A stretch of 64,000 nt of DNA from Polyangiaceae bacterium (GTDB lineage Bacteria; Myxococcota_A; Polyangia; Polyangiales; Polyangiaceae), in NCBI GenBank assembly GCA_044376115.1, contig JBILLK010000016.1, positions 64,001 to 128,000 on the forward strand, given 5' to 3'. The notes under the pieces were generated by a model. The model saw only the letters and a list, made by a program, of their open reading frames with translations, was not told the DNA's origin and ran no database searches. Shown one piece after another: positions 1-8,982 of this stretch. How positions within the stretch are numbered: position 1 is the stretch's first letter; each line of letters begins with the position of its first letter. A program made the translations under genes and the position numbers.

Positions 1-716
1 CTCAGGTCGAAGGCAGGGATGGCGCCAGCGTTGGCGAGCAGCTCGTCACTGTTATCGAGCTTGAAGCTTTGCGCGTAAGCGCCAGCGTCCACTTGCACGA
101 TCACCCGCTGCTTGAGCACGTCGGGTTGGCCGAACGGATCACTGAGCGGTGCCACGCTCTTCCACTCACGCACCGACTTCGCCGGCTTGGGCTTGGGCAG
201 GTCCCCGAGATCGAACGTGCGCAGCTCGGCCTCGAACGGTTGGTAAGCGAGCTTGACGCGCTCGGCTCTGGCCTTGGCGCGCTCGTAGTCGCTCTCCTCG
301 GCCAGGCTCTTGATGTCGGCGCGGTAGCTCTGCTCAAGCTCGGCGAGCGCTGCTTGGCGTTTGCTCTTGGCCTGCTCGAAACGTTGCCACGCCTCGACGC
401 GTGAGCGGCCGAAGTCACGGTACGGGTTGCTGTCCTCGGTGCCGTATTCGGCGATGGCCGACCACGCCAGCAAGCAGGCGCTGGCCCCGCTCCCCTGCGA
501 CTCGCAACGCCGGCCCACTGCGACGCGACGGGCCAGCTCCACATCGACGCTACGCAGCGTGAAGGACGGCTCGCGATAAGGCGGAAATGCCGGCTCCGGC
601 GGTACCGTGAACTCCGCAGGCAGCGTCAGCTCAGACGCGGCGCCCTGGGCCTGCACCACAGCGGGCGAGCCGCACAAGGCGCCGCAAGCAAGCAGGGGGC
701 CGAGCAGCCAACGCAT
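1..716 (-). CDS. Secreted hypothetical protein, 3' end runs off the window; paralogous to the middle and C-terminal part of 716..2674
   Basis: Absent from the ORF track because it has no stop in the window. Hand translation from ATG 716 gives MRWLLGPLLACGALCGSPAVVQAQ... (signal peptide), open to base 1. The ATG overlaps the upstream TGA (TGATG). It shares LxSVDVxL...AW...NP...RxEAW...Y..D with 716..2674. Confidence 0.8.
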   Translation of the reverse strand, partial: MRWLLGPLLACGALCGSPAVVQAQGAASELTLPAEFTVPPEPAFPPYREPSFTLRSVDVELARRVAVGRRCESQGSGASACLLAWSAIAEYGTEDSNPYRDFGRSRVEAWQRFEQAKSKRQAALAELEQSYRADIKSLAEESDYERAKARAERVKLAYQPFEAELRTFDLGDLPKPKPAKSVREWKSVAPLSDPFGQPDVLKQRVIVQVDAGAYAQSFKLDNSDELLANAGAIPAFDL

Positions 717-2674
717 CAGAGCGTGACGCCGACCTGGCCTCCGAGGGTGAACGTTACAAGCGGGGCTCGCGCGTCGTCGTCGCCCGCCAAGTAGACCAGC
801 GCGCCGTTGGAAAGGGCAGTTTCCAGGAAGAGTAGGTTGACGGCCGTGCGGAAGCCGACCGAGAAAAGACGGTCATTGTAGCCAATGCCCGCAAATAGAT
901 CGGCAACAGGTCCAGCTAGTCCGTCTGCGATGAACCCTGTCGGCACCAGGTTGTTGCTCGCGTCTGCCGCGAGTTCGTCGATGGTTGCGCTGAGCTGGCC
1001 GTAGCCACCGCCGCCGCCGAGGTGAAGCGTGGACTCCGGGCTTAGCCGAACGTCGAAGCGAGCGCCGCCGGTGAAAAGCAAGGTGGTGGCGTCGCCTGCG
1101 AAGAAGCCGCGGAAAGCACCGTAGAGTCCGAGTCCACCCTGGAAACAGCTGGAGTCTTTGCAGAAAGCGCCCGGGAGCAGCTCCGGAGTCGACAACATGG
1201 CTCCGATCATCAATGAACCTGGGCTGACCAAGTTGTCTGTGTCGTCGCGGACCTTGCCCTCATTGACTGTCTTGTCCTGATTCTCGAACTTGACCTTAAC
1301 GTCCGTGGAGCCTGCGTACCCGATGTCTGCGTCGATCTGAAGAAAGCCGAAGCCCAAGACGCCTTGACCAGAGCTGGCGGTCCCAGTGTCAGGAGTGGGC
1401 GTGCTGCCGCCGTTATTGTTGATGCCGACGCTCGCGTCGGTCGAGAGGCCGATGGAAGCGAGCTCTTTGCTGCGAGCGCCGTAAACCTCGTTGAACTCCT
1501 TCTTGTAGGATTCCTTTTGGTCGGGCTTGATCACCTCGTCTCCGAGGGCGAGCAAGCGATCGAGCTTGGCCTTGTCCTCGAGGTAACGGGTCTTCAGCCG
1601 CTCGAGGGCTTCCCGTTGACGCTGCTCTTGGCTCTCGCGGATGCGCCAGGCCTCGAGGCGCTCGTCAGCGGTGCTCTTGAGCGGGTTACCGCCCTTCTTG
1701 TCCTTGTAGTTCGCGAGGTTCTCCCAAGCGCGCACACGGTCGCTTGCGGCGTAGGAGGTGTTCTTCTCCGCGCGCACGGCCACGTCCAACAGCTCGTACA
1801 GATCGACGTCGACGCTCGCGAGGTTGGTGGTGGTGGCGTTGTCGAGCTCGAGCGCGTCCACCGTCTCGAGCTGGGCTACCGGATCGAGACCGGCGCCGAA
1901 CCCGGCGGAGGCCATGGTCTGACCCTTGTTCTTGTTGAGCGGAGCAAGGCCCAGCTGCAAAATTGCACCACACTCGGGGCTGTCGGGCTTTTTTGCGCAG
2001 ATGTCGATGTCGCCTTGGGAGCGCAGGTTGCGCGCAGCCTCATCACGACCGATGCCGCCGCCGGCCGAACCTACTTCGACCGAAGCTCCGACCTTGCCCT
2101 TGGCCCGAGCATCGAGCCGGAAGGCGCCCACGGTGATGGTGCGAACGAAGTGGGTGGCGTCCTGGCAGTCTCCCTTGGACGCCTTCGGTGAGTCGTTGGC
2201 GACCCGTTGCCCGACGGCGATGTAGTCGAGCTCGAGCGAGGAGCCAGTCGACAGCTCGCCTTTGAGCGAGGCCGCACCGAGCGGGAGCTTGGCGTAGAGC
2301 TCGTTGTTGTCGGAGATCTCGATGCGGTCGCGCGCGGGCGTCGTCGATTCGAGATCGTAGCCGCCCTCGATCTGGCAGCTGGTCAGGATCTTCATCGTGC
2401 AGCCGGCGTAGCTCACCGCGACGAGACCGCGGCGGGAGGCCGACTCGAGGTCCACCTTGGCTGTGCCCGGCCACTCGACGACCAACGGATTCAGCGGATC
2501 GCGCGCAACTTTGCAGGTGGCTTGCTGCCCGTCGGCGTCTTCAACCGTGGGCACCTCGGTGATCAGCTGCTGTGACGGGCAGCCAAGCAGCGTGAAGGCC
2601 ACCAGCGTGAGCGCAACGAAGGCGGCCCAACGCCGCGCGAACCGGTTGTCCGAGAGGATATGCATGGCGACCAT
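716..2674 (-). CDS. Multidomain lipoprotein: 6-Cys myxobacterial N-domain, helical/coiled region, probable C-terminal outer-membrane beta-barrel
   Basis: 652-aa ORF. Lipobox LLGC. N-domain is paralogous to 2776..3519. C-terminal Gly/aromatic alternating strands (LHLGGGGGYG, DLFAGIGY, FSVGFR, FTLGGQVGVTL). Confidence 0.8.
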   Translation of the reverse strand: MVAMHILSDNRFARRWAAFVALTLVAFTLLGCPSQQLITEVPTVEDADGQQATCKVARDPLNPLVVEWPGTAKVDLESASRRGLVAVSYAGCTMKILTSCQIEGGYDLESTTPARDRIEISDNNELYAKLPLGAASLKGELSTGSSLELDYIAVGQRVANDSPKASKGDCQDATHFVRTITVGAFRLDARAKGKVGASVEVGSAGGGIGRDEAARNLRSQGDIDICAKKPDSPECGAILQLGLAPLNKNKGQTMASAGFGAGLDPVAQLETVDALELDNATTTNLASVDVDLYELLDVAVRAEKNTSYAASDRVRAWENLANYKDKKGGNPLKSTADERLEAWRIRESQEQRQREALERLKTRYLEDKAKLDRLLALGDEVIKPDQKESYKKEFNEVYGARSKELASIGLSTDASVGINNNGGSTPTPDTGTASSGQGVLGFGFLQIDADIGYAGSTDVKVKFENQDKTVNEGKVRDDTDNLVSPGSLMIGAMLSTPELLPGAFCKDSSCFQGGLGLYGAFRGFFAGDATTLLFTGGARFDVRLSPESTLHLGGGGGYGQLSATIDELAADASNNLVPTGFIADGLAGPVADLFAGIGYNDRLFSVGFRTAVNLLFLETALSNGALVYLAGDDDARAPLVTFTLGGQVGVTL

Positions 2675-2775
2675 GGGCGCGTACTACGGCGGCGCGGCGA
2701 AGAGTATGCCTTATCGCGAGGGGCACGGTTGTCCCGCCCCTCAGCTGCGCTGTGGTCAGCTGCAGGACGCTCAGG

Positions 2776-3519
2776 TCAAGGCAGGGGAGCGAGCCCGAGT
2801 CTCACCGGCGCTCCACACCCGCTGGTCTTCACAGCTTTTTCATCCAACTCGGTCTTGCTCGAACAAGCCTCGAGATCCCCGGAGTTCTTGAGCCGCTGAC
2901 GGGAGGAGTCACTGTGGCCGCCCACGGCGACGATGCCGACGTCGATGTCGGCGCCGGCTTTGGCCTTGGCCGCCGACTCCATGTTGTAGGCGCCGATCGA
3001 AATGGTGCGCACGTAGTGAGTCGCCTGCGCGCAATCACCGCTCAGCTCAGCGGGCTCTCCTTTCGCGAGCTTTTGTCCGACCAGCACGTAATCCAGGCTC
3101 AATTTGCGCCCCGAGGCGAGCTCGGCTTTGAGGCTCTGCGAGGCGATCGGCAGCTTGGAGAAGAGGTCGTTGTCGTCGTTGATTTCGAGCTTGTCGCGGC
3201 TGGGCGTCACCGACTCGTAGTCGTACGCGCCTGCTGCCTCGCAGCGCGGAAGCACATCGAGCTTGCAGCCCTGGAGACGCACCATCACGAGGCCGCGCTT
3301 GCTGATGCTCTCGAGCTCGACCTTGTGCGTGCCCGGCCACTCGACGATGAACGGGTTCTCGCGGTCGAGGGCGTTCTTGCACAGCTCCGCCGGATCTTTG
3401 CCCTCGGCGTCGGCGACCGAGAGCTCCTGCGCTTTGACGCCTGCTCCAGCGACACAGCCAGCGGAAGACGACGCAAACGAGGCAACGAGGAGCGAAAAGA
3501 CGCGAGCCGTTCGGTTCAT
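2776..3519 (-). CDS. Lipoprotein made of a standalone copy of the 6-Cys domain (NPxxVEWPGTxKVxLES family)
   Basis: 247-aa ORF, lipobox SAGC, collinear motif identity with the N-domain of 716..2674. Confidence 0.85.
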   Translation of the reverse strand: MNRTARVFSLLVASFASSSAGCVAGAGVKAQELSVADAEGKDPAELCKNALDRENPFIVEWPGTHKVELESISKRGLVMVRLQGCKLDVLPRCEAAGAYDYESVTPSRDKLEINDDNDLFSKLPIASQSLKAELASGRKLSLDYVLVGQKLAKGEPAELSGDCAQATHYVRTISIGAYNMESAAKAKAGADIDVGIVAVGGHSDSSRQRLKNSGDLEACSSKTELDEKAVKTSGCGAPVRLGLAPLP

Positions 3520-3530
3520 CGGAAATTCCT

Positions 3531-4046
3531 TCAGTTGGATTCAGCGAGCAGGAACTCGACTGCGCTGCGAATGGCTGCTTCATCTGCAGCGTCTCCGCCC
3601 TTGGCCACGAAGCGCACTGTGCCCTTTCGGTCGAGCACGAAGGTTTGCGGCAACTCGTCGACTTGGTAGGCGCCGCGGATGGAGCTTGCAGCGTCATCCA
3701 GCACGTTCGGGTAGCTCACGCCGAGCGACTTGAGCTGACGCTCGACCTGACTCGGGTTGTCGTCGATGGCCACGCCGAATACGGCCAACCCTTCCGCCTT
3801 GTGCTCTTGATTGAGCGCCTGCACGCCGGGGATGATCTTCAAACAGGGTTTGCAGGAGGTGGACCAAAAGTCGATCAGGGTGACTTTGCCCTGGGGCGGG
3901 AAGGCGACCATCTCGCCCTGCAGATCGACCTGCTCCGTCTTGGGTGGCGCCTTGGCCAGGAGCGCATGCGGCTCCGAGGCTGGAAGGCTGGGTGCACAGG
4001 CAGAAAGTGCGCAGGCCGCGAGGCTGAGACGGAGGAAGCTCTTCAC
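3531..4046 (-). CDS. TlpA/ResA-family thiol-disulfide oxidoreductase lipoprotein
   Basis: IDFWSTSCKPC (CxxC), LPQTFVLDRKG cis-Pro loop, lipobox LSAC. Confidence 0.9.
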   Translation of the reverse strand: MKSFLRLSLAACALSACAPSLPASEPHALLAKAPPKTEQVDLQGEMVAFPPQGKVTLIDFWSTSCKPCLKIIPGVQALNQEHKAEGLAVFGVAIDDNPSQVERQLKSLGVSYPNVLDDAASSIRGAYQVDELPQTFVLDRKGTVRFVAKGGDAADEAAIRSAVEFLLAESN

Positions 4047-4102
4047 GCGAGCGACGATAGCGACAACGCGAGCGCCGCGGAACGCCTAAGATCCGCGCGC
4101 GC

Positions 4103-5215
4103 TCAATACGGATCGGCGGGGATGGTCACGCCGTCGGCGGCGGCGAGGGCGAGCGCCTCCGCCGCCGTTTCTCCAGCAGGTAGTTTTACGGTGTCTCCGG
4201 CTTGCAGAGCGAATAGCGACACGTCAGCGAACTCGAGTGGCTGCCCGGCCACGCATTGTGCCGCTGGCGCGCTAGCGCGCAGCAGGTAGACGGTGCCTGC
4301 ACCGAGCACCTCGCTCTGCCCATCCGCGCCGACCCAGAGCGCCGTCCCTTCATCGACGCCAAGCCCAACCATCTGCGTCGAAGCGCCGTCCGAGATCGCT
4401 CGCGCCATGAAGGTGATAAGCCGCCCCATGCGGTCGCGCTCGGCGAAATGCGTGTCGGTGACGACGTCGATCAGCGGCGGAAAACGCAGGAAATCGTACT
4501 CCATCGTCATGTAGCGGTTGAACGGATCGGCCAGCGCTTCATCCGAATAGACGGTGTCATTGAGGGCCGCGAACACAGTGCTACCGAGGATGGCGCAGCC
4601 GGCGCTTGTGCCGCCGATTACGGCGCCGCGGCGCCACGCATTCTGCAGCTCCGCTTCGACAGCGGTTCCTTTCCAAGCCGTCACGTATTCGGCCTGATCC
4701 CCGCCGGCGATGAAGATGGCCTCGGCCTGGGCGAGGCGCTGTGCAACGTAGTCGCTGTTGGCGAACTCGCTGCTCGTCACCAGCAGCGTCTCGACCGAGT
4801 CCGCCCCACCGATATCGGAGTACAAATAATCGCCGTAGCCGTCTCCACCGGAGGTCCGCAAGACCACGACATCTCCGCCGCCAATCAGCGGCACCCAGCG
4901 TTCGAAGGCTGCGTCTACGTCGGGCCCGCCGCCCATCAAGATCAACGCCGGACCGAGCGGCGTGGTCTCGGCGTTCGCGTCGTTCCCCGATAGATGGGTG
5001 ACCAACCCGGCCGGCTTTTCGGCTTCACTTCCGCCTGCGCCGCCGCTCGCGTTGGAGGCGCCGCTCGAGCCTGTGCTCGCTCCGCTGCCGCCCGCGCCGC
5101 CATTCGACGATTGCGCGCTGCCGCCGGAGCCGCTCACGGTTCCCGTTGCGTCATCCGTGCACGCGATCAGCAAGCCGACCACGCACGACAACTGCTTGGC
5201 TGTTGAACATTTCAT
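4103..5215 (-). CDS. Cyanophycinase-like peptidase (S51 family), lipoprotein with Gly/Ser linker
   Basis: IFIAGGDQ, GGTSAG (nucleophile Ser), DTHFAERDRMGRL, GLGVDE. Start chosen at ATG 5215, which overlaps the upstream stop (ATGA). Lipobox LIAC. Confidence 0.85.
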   Translation of the reverse strand: MKCSTAKQLSCVVGLLIACTDDATGTVSGSGGSAQSSNGGAGGSGASTGSSGASNASGGAGGSEAEKPAGLVTHLSGNDANAETTPLGPALILMGGGPDVDAAFERWVPLIGGGDVVVLRTSGGDGYGDYLYSDIGGADSVETLLVTSSEFANSDYVAQRLAQAEAIFIAGGDQAEYVTAWKGTAVEAELQNAWRRGAVIGGTSAGCAILGSTVFAALNDTVYSDEALADPFNRYMTMEYDFLRFPPLIDVVTDTHFAERDRMGRLITFMARAISDGASTQMVGLGVDEGTALWVGADGQSEVLGAGTVYLLRASAPAAQCVAGQPLEFADVSLFALQAGDTVKLPAGETAAEALALAAADGVTIPADPY

Positions 5216-6396
5216 CGCGGCACGACCTGCGTTTTGCAACCGAACACGACGTCCACCGTGCCCTGATCATCGGCCTGCAGCGTGCTGCAAGTCGACGGAC
5301 ACATCAGGATATTCTGTGGCGCGCTTGGGTTGTCGTAGTACCAGCCGCCTTCCGGTCCGCAGTCGGCTGCGCCGCCGGGGACGTTGAAGATGGGCGTCTG
5401 CTCCGAGCTGCCTCCGGGCGTGTAGTCGACGTTCACCAGCGTTGGGTCCAGCGTTTCCCCCTCGGGCGGGGCTGGGATGGCGTAGTCACACGAAAGCTGC
5501 GAGGAGACGATCACCCCGGTGGCCATGTCATTGAAGATGGGATCGAACTCTTGCGCGCACAGATCGCCGGCGATGCCTCCAGTTTGTTGCACCAGTTCTT
5601 GGTAGGTGACGCCTTCCTCCGCTGCGTACGACTGGCAGCCGAAACCGCCGAAGGTGTGGCAGCAAGGGTTGTTCATCGGGCACGAGAAGCCGAAACAGGC
5701 GAGCGGATCCGAGAAGGCGACGATGGCGTCGAACTTGAAGCCCTGAAAGCTCGGGTCGGTAGCGATCAATTGGCTGCTGAAGGCGCTGGCGCTGAGGTCG
5801 CTCTCGTCGTCGGAGACGACCAGGATGGTCTTTGAGGCGTTGGCACGTAAGGACGGCTGCCACTCGGCGTAGCTGCTCAGGATGACCTGGAAAGCGTCGG
5901 TGCTGTTCACTGTCTGTACGACGTGACGATAGGCCTCGAGCTTGCTGTCGGCGCCGTTGCAAGCTCCGCTGCCGAGCGGCGCAGGAATGCACACCGAGGC
6001 ATCAGCGATCAGCACCACATGAACATCGATGCCGCTACTCAGGATCAGGCTGGCGAAGTTGTTCAAGTTGGCTTGAACCTCGGCGGACTCCTCGCTCATG
6101 CTGCCTGAGGTATCGATGGCGATGATGATGTCAGCGGGCTGCAGCTGGGCTTGCGCGGTGCTCGAGGTGCCGCTGCAGGACTCGAAGCCGCCGACTCCGC
6201 TGTTCGAACTCTGGCTGAAGCCTCCGCCCGTGCCAGGGCCGCCAGCGCCGCTCGCTCCTGCGCCCGGGGAGCCTGCGCCAACTCCCGGCGAACCCACTCC
6301 GCTCGCGTTGCCGCCGGTATTGTCTTCTGTGCCCGCGCCGCAGCCGAGCAGGGAGAATGCGAGCAGCCCGACCAGGGGGAGGGAGTGAGCGGTCAT
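5212..6396 (-). CDS. VWA-domain Cys-rich lipoprotein (myxobacterial type)
   Basis: MIDAS motif DTSGS, lipobox LLGC, Gly-rich linker, C-terminal GWYYD...CPSTC module. Start placed at ATG 6396. Confidence 0.85.
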   Translation of the reverse strand: MTAHSLPLVGLLAFSLLGCGAGTEDNTGGNASGVGSPGVGAGSPGAGASGAGGPGTGGGFSQSSNSGVGGFESCSGTSSTAQAQLQPADIIIAIDTSGSMSEESAEVQANLNNFASLILSSGIDVHVVLIADASVCIPAPLGSGACNGADSKLEAYRHVVQTVNSTDAFQVILSSYAEWQPSLRANASKTILVVSDDESDLSASAFSSQLIATDPSFQGFKFDAIVAFSDPLACFGFSCPMNNPCCHTFGGFGCQSYAAEEGVTYQELVQQTGGIAGDLCAQEFDPIFNDMATGVIVSSQLSCDYAIPAPPEGETLDPTLVNVDYTPGGSSEQTPIFNVPGGAADCGPEGGWYYDNPSAPQNILMCPSTCSTLQADDQGTVDVVFGCKTQVVPR

Positions 6397-6462
6397 TCCG
6401 CAGATTGTACACCGGCAACGATCCTCGTAGGCATCCGCGCGCAATCGTGGAAAGAGGCGCCT

Positions 6463-7206
6463 GTGATCGCCCTGCGCGCCCTTGTCCTGCTGAGCCTTTT
6501 CACCGCTTGTTCCGAAGGTCGGCTCGCTAGCCCCAGCCCCAGCGGCAGTCCAAGCGTGAAGGCCCCGGCGAGCTCGAGTACCCAGCCGAGTCTTGCGACA
6601 AGCAGCGCCGCTAGCTCTTCATCGGCCGGCGCGCCGCTCGCTTCGGCCAGTGCCTCGGCGTTCGCGAGCGGCTCGGCGATGTTGCCACCGCCTGCACCCA
6701 GCGCGCTCGATCTGGCGGCCTTCCCGCAAATGGTCGGGCCCGACGGAGCGACGTTGCCGCAGACTAAAGACCGTCCGGAGCTCACGAGCCCGGCCTTCAA
6801 GCGTCGGCTCGATCTTTTGTGGCAAGCCATCGTCGAGAACGATGCGGCGCTGGCCGAGCCGGCCTTCTTTCCAAAGGCGGCCTACGAGCTGGTGAAGGAC
6901 ATCGAAAAGCCCGGCGCTGATTGGAAGCACCGTTTGCTCAAAGCCTTCGGTCGCAACATCAGCGAGTACCACAAGAAGCTCGGCGACGATCCGAAGGCGC
7001 TCACCTTCCTCGGCCTCGACGTCGACGAGAAGCGGGTCAAGTGGATCGACCGCGGTAAGGAAGGCAACAAGCTCGGCTACTACCGCGTGACGCGCTCCAA
7101 GCTGCGTTACTCCGAGCCTGGTGGAAAAGAGCGCACGCTCGAACTGACCAGCCTGATCTCCTGGCGTGGCGAGTGGTTCGTCGTTCACTTGCACGGCTTC
7201 AAGTGA
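6463..7206 (+). CDS. Hypothetical lipoprotein (Ser/Pro/Ala linker plus globular C-terminal domain)
   Basis: GTG 6463 preceded by GAGG gives signal VIALRALVLLSLFTAC. The C-terminus ...ISWRGEWFVVHLHGFK looks globular. Confidence 0.75.
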   Translation: MIALRALVLLSLFTACSEGRLASPSPSGSPSVKAPASSSTQPSLATSSAASSSSAGAPLASASASAFASGSAMLPPPAPSALDLAAFPQMVGPDGATLPQTKDRPELTSPAFKRRLDLLWQAIVENDAALAEPAFFPKAAYELVKDIEKPGADWKHRLLKAFGRNISEYHKKLGDDPKALTFLGLDVDEKRVKWIDRGKEGNKLGYYRVTRSKLRYSEPGGKERTLELTSLISWRGEWFVVHLHGFK

Positions 7207-7227
7207 CGGCGCCTAGACGAACGCCAT

Positions 7228-7255
7228 AAAAAAGGCCCGCTCTTGCGAACGGGCC
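7228..7255 (-). terminator. Rho-independent terminator between convergent genes
   Basis: Minus strand GGCCCG-TTCGCAAGAG-CGGGCC-TTTTTT just after the stop of 7280..7564. Confidence 0.8.
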
Positions 7256-7279
7256 ACTCTCGATCCGAGCGATCCGCGA

Positions 7280-7564
7280 TTACTCGCCGCCGCCGGAACC
7301 GCCTTCACCCTCTTCGCCTAGTTCATCGGGGCAAACGTAGGTTTCGGGCGTGGTGCCTTGCAGTGTGCAAGCGCCACCGCAGCTTTCGTGGCAATCCACG
7401 CAATCCGCGAAGCTCTCCGGACTTGCGCTGGAGCTGTTCTGCTCCTGAAGGTCGGTGCAGAACTCGTAGGCTTCTTGCGTCGAATAGCGGTCCTCACAGC
7501 CGACCATCAGGCCGAACGACGCAAACGCGATGACGAGCAAGGTGCGAGCAAAACTGATTTTCAT
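7280..7564 (-). CDS. Small Cys-rich lipoprotein (94 aa)
   Basis: ATG 7564 preceded by GAGGAGGA. MKISFARTLLVIAFASFGLMVGC lipobox. Contains CVDCH. Confidence 0.75.
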   Translation of the reverse strand: MKISFARTLLVIAFASFGLMVGCEDRYSTQEAYEFCTDLQEQNSSSASPESFADCVDCHESCGGACTLQGTTPETYVCPDELGEEGEGGSGGGE

Positions 7565-7586
7565 GGTTTGATCCTCCTCGTGGTCA

Positions 7587-8897
7587 TCAGGGGTTGGCCG
7601 GAGCCGCAGCGGGCGCCGGCGTTGGTGCGGGGGCCGGAGCCGGAGCAGGCGCCGGAGCAGGCGCCGGAGCCGGAGCGGGGGCTGGTGCCGGAGCCGGAGC
7701 TGCGGGCGCTCCCGGTTGAGCCGGCGGTGCATTGGGATCGACAGCGCCTGCGGCAGGCTTGTCGCAATCGCAGGGCGGCGGGGGCGGCGGCGGCTCGGGT
7801 GCCTTCGAACCAAAGGCCGCACCGATCGTTAGCAGCAGGTTGTTGGAGACCTGCCACTCGTCGATCAGCAGCGGATCGCGAACGACGCGCAGTTTGTAAC
7901 CGAGCGAGGCCCAGTCGAAGAGCTTCACGTTGAGCCCGGCGATGCCTTCAACGCTGGTCAGCTCGGGCAAGGAGCGATCGTCGCCTGCTGCCAGGTCGCT
8001 GGTTGCGAACGGCACCAAAACGCCGAGACCCACGGTGTACGAAATGCGCTTGGACTCGTCGATGAAGCCCCACGCGTTTGCGATCGCCTCAGCACCAATT
8101 TGGTAGAAGTCGTCGAGTTCTTTGATCTCCACGACCGGCGTCGCGGCGTCGTCGTTGAGGGCGAGGTTGCCCTCGGCGAGCGTCTCCTGTGCACCAACGC
8201 CTGCGCGGATTTCGAGCGTGACCTCGTCCTGCTTGAGCGGCTGGAGGAAGGCGCCGAGCGACTGCTTGAACTGCAGCGGTGCGAAGCCGTCGGTCATGTA
8301 CAGACGACGTCCACGCAGCTCTTGGGCGGTGCCGTCGAGCTTGGCGATCGAGTAGTCGACCGCGGCCGGGCGGATGTCCAAGCTGGGGAACATCTGCGTG
8401 TTCAGCGCCACGCGCGCGTACGGGCCGAAGATCTCGAGCAAGTGCATGAGATAGATCGACTCGAAGTTGAGCCCGTCGCTCGTCTTCACGAACTCGTCCA
8501 GAGCCGGGGTTCGCGTAACGCCAGCGCCGGCCTTGAGCGTCGTGCGCCACTCGTGCATGCCGGTGTTGAACTCGAGGATGGCATCGATGGCGCCGCCCAA
8601 GGTGAGCGTGGTGCCGTCGGCTTGGCCGACGACGCTGCGCGTGTCGACGATGTTGAGCGTGCCACCAATGGCGATGCCAGGGGTCCAGCCCTCGGGCCGT
8701 TTGGAGTCAGTACCTTTTTGAATCGCTTCTGTCTTTGCGGCGGCCGCAGGGCCACCAGCATCTGCTGCGGGCGTGGGAGGTGGAGCGGGAGCTGCAGCCT
8801 GAGCTGAGGCGATTCCCGCGGGGACCAAAAGAGCAAGGCTCAAGAGGGAGGTGAAGCAAGCGTATTGCGTGCGCACGGTGACTCCTTTTGCGGCCAC
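7587..8897 (-). CDS. Outer-membrane beta-barrel protein (DUF3078-like) with Pro/Ala-rich tail
   Basis: Signal peptide, then GW...G.DGTT...HEW...FVKTSD.L pattern, amphipathic strands and a (PA)n C-terminus. Confidence 0.7.
   Translation of the reverse strand: MAAKGVTVRTQYACFTSLLSLALLVPAGIASAQAAAPAPPPTPAADAGGPAAAAKTEAIQKGTDSKRPEGWTPGIAIGGTLNIVDTRSVVGQADGTTLTLGGAIDAILEFNTGMHEWRTTLKAGAGVTRTPALDEFVKTSDGLNFESIYLMHLLEIFGPYARVALNTQMFPSLDIRPAAVDYSIAKLDGTAQELRGRRLYMTDGFAPLQFKQSLGAFLQPLKQDEVTLEIRAGVGAQETLAEGNLALNDDAATPVVEIKELDDFYQIGAEAIANAWGFIDESKRISYTVGLGVLVPFATSDLAAGDDRSLPELTSVEGIAGLNVKLFDWASLGYKLRVVRDPLLIDEWQVSNNLLLTIGAAFGSKAPEPPPPPPPCDCDKPAAGAVDPNAPPAQPGAPAAPAPAPAPAPAPAPAPAPAPAPAPAPTPAPAAAPANP
7615..7710. 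repeat. Imperfect 6-bp coding tandem repeat encoding (PA)n
   Basis: Runs of gccgga/gcaggc units within the 3' end of 7587..8897. Confidence 0.8.
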
Positions 8898-8982
8898 ATT
8901 TGCACGCCACGCTCAGCCGTGTCCACTTGGCGGCGGAGTGAGGACCGCACGCCTCATGAGAAGCGGAGTACGCAGTTCGGCG

